A DNA stretch of 64,000 nucleotides from Octopus vulgaris (GCA_951406725.2 OX597814.1:93930001-93994000), one strand, 5' to 3'; counted from the first letter of the stretch, positions 23,919 through 37,750 are shown. Program-made: numbers and translations. Notes: generated by a model from the sequence alone, not told the origin.

Positions 23919-24004
23919 ACTTTCCTGAGGAGAAGATTGCATTGTTTATACCATTTATTCTTTTGAATAGTATCAGTGGAATTTTCGAAACATGTGTCGA
24001 AAGT
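23919..24004 (+). ncRNA. Hammerhead motif in the Penelope pseudo-LTR (long stem II)
   Basis: actttc CTGAGGA gaaga...ttttc GAA acatgtgt C gaaagt; the mirror copy at 21704-21789 (-) has CTGTGGA. Confidence 0.75.
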
Positions 24005-24091
24005 AAAAATATTTATTACACCTGCGTTAACTCCATTTTTTATTCATATTATATATATATATATATAATGTAACAATTATTCGGTAGACAT

Positions 24092-24152
24092 GACAAAACT
24101 CCGAGTTTCGGATGCCGAGGTGAAAATCCACGCCGCCATCTCTTCAGTTATC
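24092..24152 (-). ncRNA. Minimal type I hammerhead motif
   Basis: Minus strand: gataa CTGAAGA gatg...catcc GAA actc-g-gagt T ttgtc. Confidence 0.7.
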
Positions 24153-25926
24153 CGGTCATCGGAAAAATGCTATGAAAATAACCGTTATACAAAAGGAAAT
24201 TACTGTGTGATTGACCGTTATTAAGACAAAAGAGCTATTCGAATGACCGCTAAGTAAGGGGAGGAAGTAAAGTAAGGGGGTAGAAGGTTCATAGTATTCC
24301 CGTAAGCGCGTCTGATCGTATCTACTCATGTGCGCTCGAAAAGCCATTTGCGTGCGTTTAAAGGTATACATTCATCAACAATCACTTGAAAACGTACACA
24401 TCCTCACTTTCATCCTTCGCCAAATGTATATGCATATACATACAAACACCCACGCACACACACATAAAGGTTCATACACGCGTCTATATACGCACAAGCA
24501 CAAGAAAAAAACAGGGTTAGGGGTAACAATACAGAAAAAAAGGCATAAGAGAGTATACAAAGAGTAAACCACGCCTATATACGCACATACCCTTATGCAC
24601 GCACACACACGTCTATATACGCACATACCCGCACACGTCTATTTACGCAAACACACACACGCATGCATAAAAAGGATCATACATACGTCTAACACAAGAA
24701 AAAACAGGACTAAGAGCAAAAAATCTAAGGGCAAATAAGACTGTTTCTTGAAGATCACTGCGCACGCAACCGTGTGTTGCTATCTGTTGGCAGACGACAG
24801 AACTAGTCCGGGAACTTTTTGATACCCCCTCTTACAGCTTAACCTAGTTTTATGGTAATAAACTTTTCAACAAGTTTACGAACTAAAATCTCTTATACTA
24901 AACACATAGCAAATAAATCTTTTACCTTTTACTTGTTTCAGTTAATGAACAACGGCCATGCTAGGGGACCGCCTTAACGAGGTTAGTTAAGCAAATCGAC
25001 CACTGTACATTTTGTTAAGTCTGGTGCTTATCATATCCGTCTCTTTTGCAAAGATACGTACAAAGATACGTACATAGTAATACGCACACACATGATACAT
25101 ACATACATACATACATACATACATACATACATACATACATAGATACATACGTACATATCAACACAAAGCGACAAGTCGCGTATTTGGTGTGGGAGGCTAC
25201 TTATCGAAAATACGATGAATACTATCTCCAACCGAGGAGCCACAACTATCAGCCTTTTTAAATAACTGGTTAATCTTCAGATGACTTAACTGAAGGAGTC
25301 TTGTATTCACGATCGTAGTGATTTTCGACTGAAACTTGAATTTACAATGCAGGGAGTTATTATAAACAACGATTATGTGAACATTGTTCGAAAATAAATG
25401 TTCGGAAACATTTATTCGAAAAAAATTTATTCGAATGGAAAATTATTCAAAAGGACAATTATAAGAAATGTTAATCTATATATATAAAACTGAGAATGTG
25501 TGTCTGTCTCTCTCTGTCTATCTGTCTGTCTGTATGTCTGTCTGTGTGAATCCCTAAAACTTCAGAACTACACAACCAATTGCATTCAAATTTTACACAT
25601 GCCTTACTTAGAGTCCATGTAGTGTCATGGGCAAAAAATTAACTTCTTGCTTAGGGCGAGCCCACAGCAATATCATATCTTCTCCAGTATTTCAGTATTA
25701 CGTGTTAAAAGTGAATCAAAAACATCTCTGTAAGCTAATATCAAATGCTTCCACTTTAATAGTGAAACTATTATGTAAGTGGCATGAACTGAAAGTGAAC
25801 ATCCCTGTTATATGTATGTAATATACTTTTTTCTGAAACTCCAGACTTTTCAATATGCTACACGACTGGTTTTAAATTGATATTAATCAAATTAATATTC
25901 AATTTTCACCCTTATTATTTTAAATT

Positions 25927-26043
<117 letters not shown>

Positions 26044-26637
26044 ACATATTCATGTATATATACATACATGTATATGTATATACGTATTTCTATTCATATA
26101 GATGTATTTGTATACATGTATGTGTGTAGATGTGTATATATATAAATATATATATATATATAGATGTGCATGTAATATGTACACATATATATATACACAT
26201 ATATACATGCATACATATATACACCCATACACACATACACACACACACATACATAGGTGCAGGTGTGGCTGTGTGGTAACAAACTTCGTTCCAAAACACA
26301 TAGTCATGGGTTCAGTCCCACGGTGTGGTGACTTGGCATGTGTCTTCTGCTATAGGTAAACAGAAACTGAAAGAAATCAATCGTACATATATATATATAT
26401 GTATGTATATATGTAAGTCTATGTGTGTGTCTTTGTGTTTCTCCCTCATCACTGCTTCACAACTGCTGTTCATTTGTTTAGAGCCCCATAACTTACTGGT
26501 TTCACAAGAAGAAACTGATAGAATAAGTACCAGGCTTATCAAAATAAAAATAAAAACACTACGTAGTATCTCATATTTTTGTTTGCCCACATAATTTATC
26601 TTTGTGTGTGTGTGTGTGTATACATATGTACATATAT

Positions 26638-27040
26638 GCTCTTTTACTTGTTTCAGTCATTTGACTGCGGCCATGCTGGAGCACTGCCTTTAGTCGAGCA
26701 AATCGACCCCGGAACTTATTCTTTGTAAGCCCAGTACTTATTCTATCGGTCTCTTTTGCCGAACCGCAAAGTGACGGGGACGTAAACACACCAGCATCGG
26801 TTGTCAGGCAATGCTAGGGGGACAAACACAGACACACAAACACACAGACACATACATATATATATACATATATACATATATACGACAGGCTTCTTTCAGT
26901 TTCCGTCTACCAAATCCACTCACAAGGCATTGGTCGGCCCGGGGCTATAGCAGAAGACTCTTGCCCAAGACGCCACGCAGTGGGACTGAACCCGGAACCA
27001 TGTGGTTGGTTAGCAAGCTACTTACCACACAGCCACTCCT
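26638..27040 (-). mobile_element. Near full-length tRNA-derived SINE, family C
   Basis: Minus strand begins aggagtggctgtgtggtaagtagcttgct..ggttccgggttcagtccc (A/B-box-like head), with an internal TA/CA tract and a ..ctgaaacaagtaaaag tail. Confidence 0.8.
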
Positions 27041-27041
27041 G

Positions 27042-27142
<101 letters not shown>

Positions 27143-27349
27143 AAGAAGGGTAGTAATATTATTTACTACCAGGTGCCCAGCACAAAAGACGAATTAGTCA
27201 TAAGACAAAAATATTATTCATATAGAAAAATATTATTCATGTAGTTATACAATTAAGGGCTCCTAAATAAAGATGCCGAGTGCTGGGAACACAAAAAGGG
27301 GATGAATTTATCGAGAGTGAAAATCAAAAACTTTTACCGATAACTTTAA

Positions 27350-27427
27350 CAACTCGTACCGCGGTTTCTGCTTCTTTCTAGCAAAACACAGAATATGTTT
27401 GCTAAGGCCAGCTTCATCAGCGAGTCG
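27350..27427 (-). ncRNA. Canonical-core type I hammerhead motif
   Basis: Minus strand: cgactcg CTGATGA agc..tagcaaa/tttgcta..gca GAA accgcggt A cgagttg; palindromic stem III. Confidence 0.8.
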
Positions 27428-27544
27428 CCTAAATTTAATCGAGGTCTGCAGCGATGTGGGACTATGTGTTGAACCCGACTACTAGCAGATCTTAACTTTT
27501 CAAATCTCTGCGCAGACGCAAAATTTACACGGGCATGCCGGGAA

Positions 27545-27575
<31 letters not shown>

Positions 27576-27671
27576 ATAAGATTAGCTCGTGTACGAGTGG
27601 ATATATATTTGTAAAAAATGAAGTTTGAAAATGCTGCTATATTAGACAAATTTTTATTTTTATATATACAT

Positions 27672-27726
27672 TATTTATTTAACATGTTTCGGTTCTTGAA
27701 ATGACGAACCTTATCAAAAAAAATTA
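27672..27726 (-). ncRNA. U3:A8 variant hammerhead motif
   Basis: Minus strand: ttt TTGATAA ggttc-gtcatttcaa-gaacc GAA acatgt T aaa; weak A/U stem I. Confidence 0.5.
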
Positions 27727-27744
27727 TATATAAAAAAGAGAGTT

Positions 27745-27956
27745 CATGCTATATGTTTAAAGAGTATGATGTAATAGTTCATAATTGTGACATATATTCA
27801 ATAGAGTCAAATATAAAAAAATCATATATAATATTCAATAGAGTCAAATATAAAAAAATCATATATATTGAAGCGAGTCCATGCTATATGTTTAAAGAGT
27901 ATGATGTAGTAGTTCATAATTGTGACATGCATTCAATAGAGTCAAATATAAAAAAT
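27745..27956. repeat. Local tandem duplication (~134-bp period)
   Basis: catgctatatgtttaaagagtatgatgta.tagttcataattgtgacat..attcaatagagtcaaatataaaaaa occurs twice, with an internal sub-repeat. Confidence 0.8.
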
Positions 27957-28906
27957 TCATGTTCTTGAATAAGCGAGGAGTTCATTTTAGGTTTTACCTT
28001 GTGTTCCAATGGGAGCAACTGTAATGATTTTTGGTTGGTGTCTGTTCGTATAGTTTTGGTGAATTTTGTGATTGTTTAGGTTTATATCAGCTCAGCTTAG
28101 CTGTCTCACTTGCACTTTTCACTGCATGGTGAGGAATATTACATTGGGAGTGGTAACGGCTAGAGTACTGTAGCTGACTGCTTATTTTGATCATTCGTCT
28201 TTTGGTTTCCTGTAGCTTTGCTCTCATTTACAAACCCAGTGAACATATATTTCCTATTTCATAGAAATTCAAACAATAGATATAAAACCCAAATTAAAAA
28301 GATTCTCAACAATTCAACTTCTCTGGTTGACATTAAGATGCCCACCCCAAATAGGGGCCTTAACTCTCACATTTTAGAGCTCCATGACCTCCATTTTTCA
28401 GGAGCAAAATCCTTTTAGCAGGTTCTATAAGACTAGAATTTTGGAATATGCGCATAAAAATCAGTAGTATGGGATACATATGGCACGATTACAATTTTTT
28501 AGGGTATATAAAGAGGGAAATAAACCGCATCAACAATTTTGATGAAATTCGAAACATAGATTTTCCTGTTCATTACAGAAAATATAACAGAAAAGTCTAA
28601 TTCTTCAATTGTATGTAACACGGGCAACGCTGGGTAACTCTGCTAGTTATTCTAAATTTTTTTTTTATTTAAATAAAAATGATAAAATTAAAAATATAGT
28701 ACACTAATGATATTAATTTCTAATAACTGTTTTTCAAATAACTGTTTTGAAACAATTGTTTTCGAACAATTTTCATGATACATAAACAGCAAGGTTGGAC
28801 ACAACATCAACAACAGCACAACCAAGAAACAGAACGAAAACACTTGCTCAACAGGTAAACAGATTTCTAGAAAAGATACAGAAAACAAAACATACAAATC
28901 TGCACG

Positions 28907-28938
<32 letters not shown>

Positions 28939-28959
28939 CATACATACATACATTAAAAA

Positions 28960-29185
28960 GGAATAGTGGTGGAATGTACCAGTGAAGACTTCAATAAAAT
29001 GTAAGCATAACAGACCTGATATAATGATTTGGGATAGATAAGAGAAACTGTGCACAGTTGTTGGAAATTAGCTGCCCCGCGGATGTTAACATAAAGCTGA
29101 AGATTAGTGAAAATGAGAATACCTATGCTGAACTATAGTTACTGCAGTTACTTTATGCAGATTACAATTTCGGGTTTATACTTGT
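28960..29185 (+). mobile_element. R4/Dong-like LINE endonuclease fragment
   Basis: WWNVPVKTSIKCKHNRPDIMIWD.. restriction-like endonuclease motif. Confidence 0.6.
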
Positions 29186-29189
29186 ACAT

Positions 29190-29625
29190 CGAAAAGTCAC
29201 TCCCCACCGCCAGACGGTCAATCGAGATTTCTGTTGCAACGTTTTGAAGCATTTGTGGAAGGACATTCGGTGAAAGCAACTGGATTTCTGGAATGCGAAT
29301 TATTGGATTCTTCACAACGGCAATGAATCCTGTCACCCAGCTCTTCTCACTCCCGAAATTCTCGCCAAAAACAATTTGGTATCGCGTCTGCCCTATTCGC
29401 CTTGGTATCTACCCTGTTCGCCAGACTTCCATCTCTCTCGCAAGATGAAAATGCAGCCGTTTTAACACCGTTCTCAAGATCAAGAGCAAATCGCAGAAGG
29501 TCATTGACTCGCTTACGAAAAACGACTTCCGGGATTCCAAAAGTGATTAGAACGTTGGACCCGTGTATTGCTGCATAATGTGACTATTTCGAACGTGACG
29601 TTAGGTATAATCAAGAATCGAAAGT
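29190..29625 (+). mobile_element. Mariner relic (3' part)
   Basis: Degenerate LHNGN..CH, PYSP.. and ..DRCIAA..DYFE-like segments typical of a mariner DD34D C-terminus. Confidence 0.5.
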
Positions 29626-29714
29626 TGGTCTAATAGAGATTATATTTGCCCCTTTCCGTATGCAAAATTTGTTGATTTTACACATGCAAATAATATTAGT
29701 ACATGGCCAGCAAA

Positions 29715-29900
29715 TATTGGCACAAGACCAACAATCGATTACCTCGTTTCCAGTGCTCTGTTGGAACTTATTTTATCGACCCCGAAAGGATGAATGGTAA
29801 GGTCGAGCTCGGTAGAATTTGATCTCAGAATGTAAAGACGGACGAAATGCCGCTAAATAATTCGCCCGGCGTGCTAACGATTCTACCGCCTCGCTGCCTT
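29715..29900 (-). mobile_element. tRNA-derived SINE, family B
   Basis: atcgaccccgaaaggatgaa..gtcga.ctcgg.agaatttga.ctcagaa.gtaaagacg; another copy at ~32080-32292. Confidence 0.7.
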
Positions 29901-31119
29901 AATATTACACTAGATGATAAATATCACTTTAAATCCATGAAAAAAAAAAGTACAGTAAGTGATGTATCGTCATAGTACGTTCAGTCGAAAGGCAACGGCA
30001 TGCTTACATTGGATATATCAAACGAAGGAAAACTCATTAACATACAACTGAAATCTAGTGATACAGACATAATTATACCATGATCCAAGACAACTTAAAT
30101 AACGAAAATATAAAAAGTATCCACTATTCAATTAATTCATTTTTCTAGTTAGTGCAAACGAAAATGGTATCCCCTACCATAATCATGAGTAGCGCTCAAA
30201 CAGAGCGTTCAGTAAATTTATTTTCTATTAATTTTTAAAAAAATTAATAGCGACTAAAGTAATATTAACACCAAAAGGCAATTTTTATGTACAGCTTAAC
30301 GTGGATATTTTTCTCGAACACCGAATACTGCGTCTTTTACCTTCAGAAGACTCTTCATATGGGTACATGCGATTTACCTGTCCAGCCACCGCAGTGGCAG
30401 ATGATGCAGACTACTTAAGGATTAACTTCTTCGCTGTTACAAGAGGTTCAAGGACGATAGAGAGGAGGCGAGAGACGAACATAGGTGTGGAAGGGAGAGA
30501 GTCATTAGAACATAAAGACTATGGACATACAAATCATTTTGTTGGATGTGGTCCGGCAACTGTAAACAGAAATGTTCATGAAAATCTGAGCAAAATTTGT
30601 ACTAAATTTGTTCCCATGGTAACCAGCTACATGATGGAGAAGGATGAGCATCAAAACTGTCCCTTACCTACTCTCCAGACTTTACTCTGTGTGACTTCTG
30701 GTTGATCTCTAAGATAAAGAGCTTAGAAGTGGGAAGTGGTTTTGAAGAGGAAGGAGATTTGACAAGGGTCCTAGAAACTTTCAGTTTTGAAGACTCCCAC
30801 AGGGTTTCACGAAGTGATTGGAGCATTAGGTAAGAGAAGCTAGAGATACCTTCGCGTGTGATGTCCACTCATTTGGACCGGTTTTCCAGTTTCTATGGCG
30901 TGTATATTCTCCACTTGGACGGGATGCTGGTGCATCACTGTATTACTCAGTTTTGCCAGCTGAGTCGACTGGAGCAACGCATCGCCCGGTCCAGGAATCG
31001 AAACCACAGTCTTACGATCAAGTGTTCAACACTCTAACCACTAAGTCACGCGCCTCCACTAAAAGTAAAGTCAACTTTGAGCTCAGGACATGAAGACGAA
31101 CGAGTGCATCAGAGGATCC

Positions 31120-32040
31120 TACTTTGAGAGATGTTAGAGCTTTGTATTTCTCTGATATTAATAAGTGCCTTTTCTGAAAAAGTCTGAAAACCTCTGGAAT
31201 GTGTCTTGTATAATCTGAAAAGAGTTGGTGAGAGAAATGTTCCCTGTTGTACTTTATTCATGAAATTATAAGATCTATAGGTGTTATTAGTGTATTATGG
31301 CTTCACTGCCTGAGAGGTAGCTTTCTAACCCACCGATTTTTGTAACTCTTTAAGGTAGAGAGTTTAATAGTTTTTCTATGCGTACTTAGCATAGAGTGAA
31401 GTCGAAATCTTTACCGATATCGATGCTAGATAGCATAGTTCGGGTAAGAAGATTATATTGTTGAAATTATAGATATTGTCTCAAGTTTTGAATAGTGTAA
31501 TGATCAAAATACATATTGTGGTTTGGGGAGGAAGATGTAGGGATTAGTGATGTTTACAATTAGGCTTTGAAAAATATTTGTATGAATATGTAGGAAAATG
31601 ATAGACCTGTATAATATTAGTTCATTTATGTATTTGATGGATTATAGAATTATATTAATTCTGGCCAACTTTCAGATTCTTGGAAGTACCTGTGTTAGTA
31701 CGTGAACTTATAAATGTTGATGAGAGTAATGATTCTAAGTGTTTAAGGTGTGATACTATTGTGATATTATGGGAAATGGATTTTAAGATTTTAGATTTTT
31801 CTATTGCTTATTGCGAGTGGATGTAAACAACAATCAAAATTATGCTTCATATTACTGGGTTCTTTTGTGTTTTGAAACCCTGTATTTCTAATGTAAGTAG
31901 TGTCGTTCCCTATTTGTATACGAACTAGAACGATGATGAGTTTATCATTAGAACAATTTTTTATGTACGCCTTAAGACCTTCCCTTGTCGTAAAAGGATG
32001 TGTTTAATCCGATTTAGTTAGAATGTTCAAAGTAGCAAAT
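31120..32040 (-). mobile_element. Highly degenerate Jockey/I-type LINE RT relic
   Basis: Minus-strand remnants resembling DxxKAFD (..KDFD) and VQQGTFLSPTLF (GVPQGSVLSPTLF-like). Confidence 0.5.
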
Positions 32041-33149
32041 GTTCAAAGTTTTGGTAGTAAATTACTTCCTGAAATTTGGGCTTCAAATTTTCACACTAGG
32101 CCAGCAATTTCGGGGGAAGGTCTGAGTCATTTACATTGTCCTAATACTCAACTGGTATTTATTTTACCGACCTTGAAAGATTGAATGTTAAAGTCGACCT
32201 CGGAGGAATTTGAATTCAGAACGTAAAGACAGACGAAATGCCGCTAAGCATTTTGACCGACGTGCTAACGACTCTGCCATCTAGCCACCTTATGAATTTT
32301 CAAGTGATGGTAATATCTACTGTCCTAGTTGCTAATACCGTTCATAAGGTAGTACAGAATGCTTAAATACTTTTGAATCATGTTTACAATATTTTTTATT
32401 GTGTAGGAAGCATTCATTTTAAAATTATGTATTTTGTATGGATCTGTATTCTTGAGAATGGACAACATAACGTATGGTTTTAATCGATTTGTTGCTATCA
32501 GTGTTATTGTTATTTTCTCTGTAACGTCCTGTATATTTCCCGGATTATTTGAAAATGTTGTGGGCTTTTTGTGGGAAATCTAAAAATGTCTAAGACAATT
32601 TCATAGATATCTTAAAGGCTAATTTGTACAAATTCGAAATCAGTGTCGTTCTTTGATGGCGTTCGCGCATATAAATGTTGTAAGAAATATTTTTCTCTGT
32701 CCAATACAGATAATTCGATTGGATTCCTTCTAGCCGCGAGCATCTTGTCTTAATTGTTGGTATACTACATTTACTGTAAGTACAGTATGGCCTAATGGTT
32801 AGATTAAGTTGTAGATTTGATTCTAGAGCGTAGCGTCATGGTCATATGCTACTCTCTGTGGCCTCACGCCAACCTTGTGAGTAAAAGCTGGGTGGGTGAA
32901 AACTTCATAGAAACTTATCCGGTGAATTATCCTTGTAACTCAAAAAGTACAGCATTGTGACAATCACGGTTTCACGCTGGTTCTGCCAGAAAATTATGCG
33001 TGACACTTGTCTGTAGAATGTTCAACAACTTAAACGCAAATTCAGGAGCTGAGTTTTAAGTTGATTAGACAACTGAAACCGCATTGTCGGGCGACAGAGA
33101 TCCACTAACGCCACTACCCCTGCTTTATCTACCACTGGATTACACTCTC

Positions 33150-34300
33150 AACCGGCATCGCTTATTAAGGTCGTACTACCATGCGGTGCGTTTTTCTTTT
33201 GTAATGCTTCCCCACCGTTCGTCGATATTTTCGGTGACTGAAACGAAGGGACAGCGTACTTAAGAGAAATTCTGTTTTCCGCTGGAAAACGGCGGCCGAA
33301 CTAGTTTTCATACTTCAAAAAGTTTACAAAGGCGCTGCCATAAACAAAATACGAGTTTACGAGTGGTTTATACGCTTTAGGGATGTTGACTTCTCGTTTG
33401 AAGACCGACATCACTCAAGGCTCGCCGACCTCCCGAGCAAATGGAAGCATTATGAAAATTCATGAACTGTTCTTGGATGACCGTCGCTGAACAATTGACG
33501 AACTTGTTGATATGAGTGACGTAACCTAGAGCTCCTGCCAACGAATTGTGAGCGAGAAATTACGAATGAAAAGAGTTGGAGCAAAATTTGTACCTCACTT
33601 GTTTATGGAAAATCCAAATCATTCAGGGTTGAATGCTTAACGTGAACTGAAAGAACAGTTGGAAGTTTTTCGAAGGTTATCAGTGATGATCAAGGCTGGT
33701 GCTACACTACGACCCATAAAAGAAGCAGTAATCAAGTCAATTGAAACCTTTAATGTCACCACGCCCTATAAGAGCATCAAGTGAAATCTACTGTCAAGAC
33801 GATGTTGATTTGTTTCATCGATTCAAAAGGAATTGTCCCCACAGAATTTGTTCTTCTTGACTGAGACACAGTGGGACGGAAATGCGCCGATCTGTGGCAA
33901 AGTGGAGAGGGTTGGTTTCATCACGACACTCGCCTGCGCACACAGCCTTGAGTGTAAAGTAATTTTTGAAGAAAATGGCAAGACTCCGCTTATCCACTCT
34001 CCCTATTCATCCGATCTTGCTCCCTGCGACATTTTTCTGTTCATCCGAATGAAATAAGTCCTTAAAGGCAAACTTTTTGTAGATGTGGAAGAAGTGAAGA
34101 AAAAGATGACGGAGCCGTTAAAAGGCATCACTTTGCAAGAGTCCCAGCACTGCATCAAACTGTGGAAAACGCGTCTGGACTGATGCATTGCTTCAAATGG
34201 AGAATACTTCGAAAGCGATAAAAGTGTAAACATGTAACACTAAGTGAATAGGATAATATTTCAAGAATTCCAGTTTCTTTTGGGCACTTCCGTGTATTAG
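33150..34300 (+). mobile_element. Degenerate mariner transposon
   Basis: Remnants AKFVPHL, DDQGWC..YDP, HDTRLRT and HSPYSSDLAPCDIFLF (YSPDLAP motif). Confidence 0.85.
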
Positions 34301-34982
34301 CCATTTTTCATACATTCTTAGGATAAGCAAACAGGAAATTACAATTGCCACCCAAGGACAAAAATTGTGTTACACAGTGTTATCTGAATAATGCTGGCGA
34401 TGGTGATATTGCTATTGTTAGAGACATGTACGGTCAAAATATAGTGGATAGCATTTTATAAAGTTTTATTAGAAGGAGAGAAGAATGTTAACGGAGGGAC
34501 ATTCATAAATATAATTCAAAAGTTAGTGTGGCTGTTACTAAGGTGATGTTGAAGTAGTTGTGTGAGGATACTTTATTGCTAATAAAGTAAAATGTAGTAC
34601 AATTCTTGTTGCTGGGTTTGAAATCAGGTTTGACATCGTTTCTTTATTACTATCAATCAATAAATATAATCTTAATATACATTAGTACACTTAACACTAT
34701 TTTTCCGCGTACACATTTACAGATTTACATATAGACTGAGCACACACGCGCACACTGAATTCATTTACATACTAACACATAAACGCACACACACGCACAC
34801 ACACAAACAGTTTCACATACAAACACACACAAACACACAGCAGTCGCGCACACGCATGCACACGCGTGCGTGTGCATACGCAAAAGCAAATGCACACAGC
34901 CGCCGTGATTTCTACATGTATAGTGGCATTTGTAACGAAAAACATTGGATTACTCTTAAAAATCCTGCTGTTAACAATGTGC

Positions 34983-35133
<151 letters not shown>

Positions 35134-35197
35134 CATAATCATACATATATATATATATATATATACGTATATAAATAGAGGGAGAGAAAGAGAAATA

Positions 35198-35231
<34 letters not shown>

Positions 35232-35399
35232 TACATATATGCACACATGCATACATGCATAGAAACCTATATACATTTACATATATCGCGCACACCATGT
35301 TTTTTTAAAATTCTAACTATTATACCGAGGACAACGACCTCTCCAGAAATAACAAACCTACAAACACCCAAAATTAATTAGACTGGTATACCTTCACTA

Positions 35400-35734
35400 G
35401 AACCACTACCCAAAAACTACCACCCACACAATTACCATCACCACTGCCAACCCAACACATATACCGACATTGCAACCGCCATCTACACTATCGTAACTAT
35501 AACACAAGCACCACTATTAATAGTGCTACCATTACAAGCATTTTACAACCACTATTACAACACTATAAATAACCACTACAAGCACCAGCACCACAACTAC
35601 CACCACTACCACTACCACCACCAGCACCACCGTCAGCACCACTACCACTACCATCACCACCACCACTATCAACATTGCCACCACAAGCATCCACACTATC
35701 GCTATAGGTGCCACTACCGTCATCACCTCACCTC

Positions 35735-35779
<45 letters not shown>

Positions 35780-36900
35780 CATATATATATGTGTATATAT
35801 ATACATATATATATGTGTGTGTGTATGACACCAACAAACATCGGCCTAACTCTGCATCACTACCGCCCAGGCTATAACGACAAGGGTCACCACTCTGCAT
35901 CAGAACCCCCTCTACTGCCGCCGTCACCGCCACCCTCCTCCATTATACACTCAACACTAAAGTCGTCATCGACCTATTGATATTGTGTGGATATCATCTT
36001 CACATCCAGCATCTCCAGCAGCCAACCGTGAGCGAGGTGGAAGCAGGAGTAGGAGTAGGAGTAGGAGTTATAACTGCCTCCACTATATATCCCGTTCTAC
36101 CAGAACATAGCGCGCTAATGTTTGTAATATCAGCTACAGCAGCATTGACAGAAGCAGCAGCAGCAGCAGCAGCTATAGCATCATCATCATCATCATCATT
36201 ACCATTATCATCGTCATCACTAGTAACTTCAGAACAGAAGCACCTGCATCAGCAGCATTAATAGAAGAAGAAGAAGAAGAAGAAGAAGAAGAAGAAGAAG
36301 AAGAAGAAGAAGAAGAAGAAGAAGAAGAAACAATAGAGAGAAGGGTCAAATACAACAGCGTCATCACCATCATCATCATCATCGTCAACAACAAGAACGA
36401 CGACAACAACAGCAATACCATCAAGAACAGTAGTAACACCATCATCATCGGCAGCAGCAACAGTACAGCAGCAGCAATAAGAGAGGCATTAAAAGCAGTA
36501 ACATCAGCGTCAGTTGTAACAGCATCGATAAAATCCCAATCAAAAACATCAACACAACCATAACCGCCAACACCAGCGCCCCCACCATCGATATATATTC
36601 ATCATTATCGTAATCGTCGTCGTCGTCGCTGTCGTCATCATCATCATCATCATCATCACCATCACATTCATCATTGTCATCATCATGCATCACTCTCACC
36701 CGCAGCTGCCAAACGATCATCCGTAGCAGCAACGAGGAATACGCAACCAGAACAACATAAACAACAGCAGAGGTAGCAGCAGTAGCAGCGGCAGCAGCAA
36801 CGCCAACAAGAAAAAATAAAACACCAACACAACAACAACAACAACAACAACAGTGACAACAACAATAACAACACTGGAAGTATAATAATCAGAAACGAAA
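35400..36900. repeat. Mosaic of trinucleotide repeats (CAC, GCA, CAT, GAA, CAA) upstream of the aquaporin exon
   Basis: Direct reading; e.g. (GAA)n at ~36263-36328. Confidence 0.85.
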
Positions 36901-37003
36901 AAAAAGAAAAACAGAAAAGAAATAGAAAACAGCTACAATAACGGCAGAGGCAACGTTAACCGCATCATCAGCATCAATTGTTGATTTCAGTACAGCTTCA
37001 GCT

Positions 37004-37597
37004 ATGACCGAAACTCCGTTCCGAAGCAAGCTGATGTCTCTTAAGGAGGACTTAAAGAGTCACAGTTTTTGGAAGGCTGTCCGCTGTGAATTCCTTACTA
37101 CTTTGCTTTATACTTTCATCGGATGTGGTTCTTGGACGTTATGGAGACAAGAAGAGAAACGACAGATCATGGATGAGAGACGGCTCATCGAATACGAATT
37201 GAAAATAGCACTCACTTTCGGACTGGCCACCGCCACGTTGGTCCAGTGTGTGGGACATATCAGCGGTGCTCACCTGAATCCGGCCGTTACTATAGCAATG
37301 CTAGTCACGCGAAACGTCAATGTGCTAAGGGCAATTTTTTATATGACAGCACAATGCGCCGGTGCCATTACAGGCGCTGGTATTTTATACGGATTAACCC
37401 CGTTTGAGGCGCACGGCCTACTAGGGGTTACAACGGTTCATGCCGAAATGACAAAAGGTCAGGCTTTTGGTGTAGAATTTATGATAACGTTTATTATGGT
37501 ATTTACGTTTTTTGCTAACCTTGACCCCAAACGTTCAGATATGGGCTCACGATCACTTTCTATCGGATTATCTGTTACACTTGGACAATTATTTGCA
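37004..37597 (+). CDS. Aquaporin (MIP family, AQP4-like), coding exon covering TM1-TM5; gene continues beyond the splice donor
   Basis: FWKAVRCEFL, GHISGAHLNPAVT (first NPA), AQCAGA, FGVEFMITF, LSIGLSVTLGQLFA; GTAAGT donor at 37598, phase 0, at the position after ..LFA where AQP4/AQP1 genes have an intron; in-frame TAG upstream at 36923. Confidence 0.93.
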
Positions 37598-37750
37598 GTA
37601 AGTCTTACTACACTTTATTAATCTTCTTTCCTTCTACTATTTTGTTTGTATTTTTCCCCTTATCTTAATATCAGGCACTTCATTTTACTGTTATTATTAT
37701 TCGTCATTTCATATTGTCCTCAATGCTTTGGCTCTGGGCTCCAATAAGAG

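Larger units (their letters stand above)
21655..24052 (-). mobile_element. Penelope-like element, 5'-truncated, with inverted pseudo-LTR (21655-21813 vs 23895-24052)
   Basis: RT + GIY-YIG ORF bracketed by a ~158-bp inverted repeat containing a hammerhead. Confidence 0.9.

Noticed and set aside
30301-30868. 134-aa ORF in more GC-balanced sequence; likewise ORFs at 54640-54906 and 58320-58625
   Set aside because: No recognisable motif or splice structure; probably old transposon debris.
35523-35828. His-rich ORF
   Set aside because: Product of a degenerate CAC/CAT repeat running into (TA)n.
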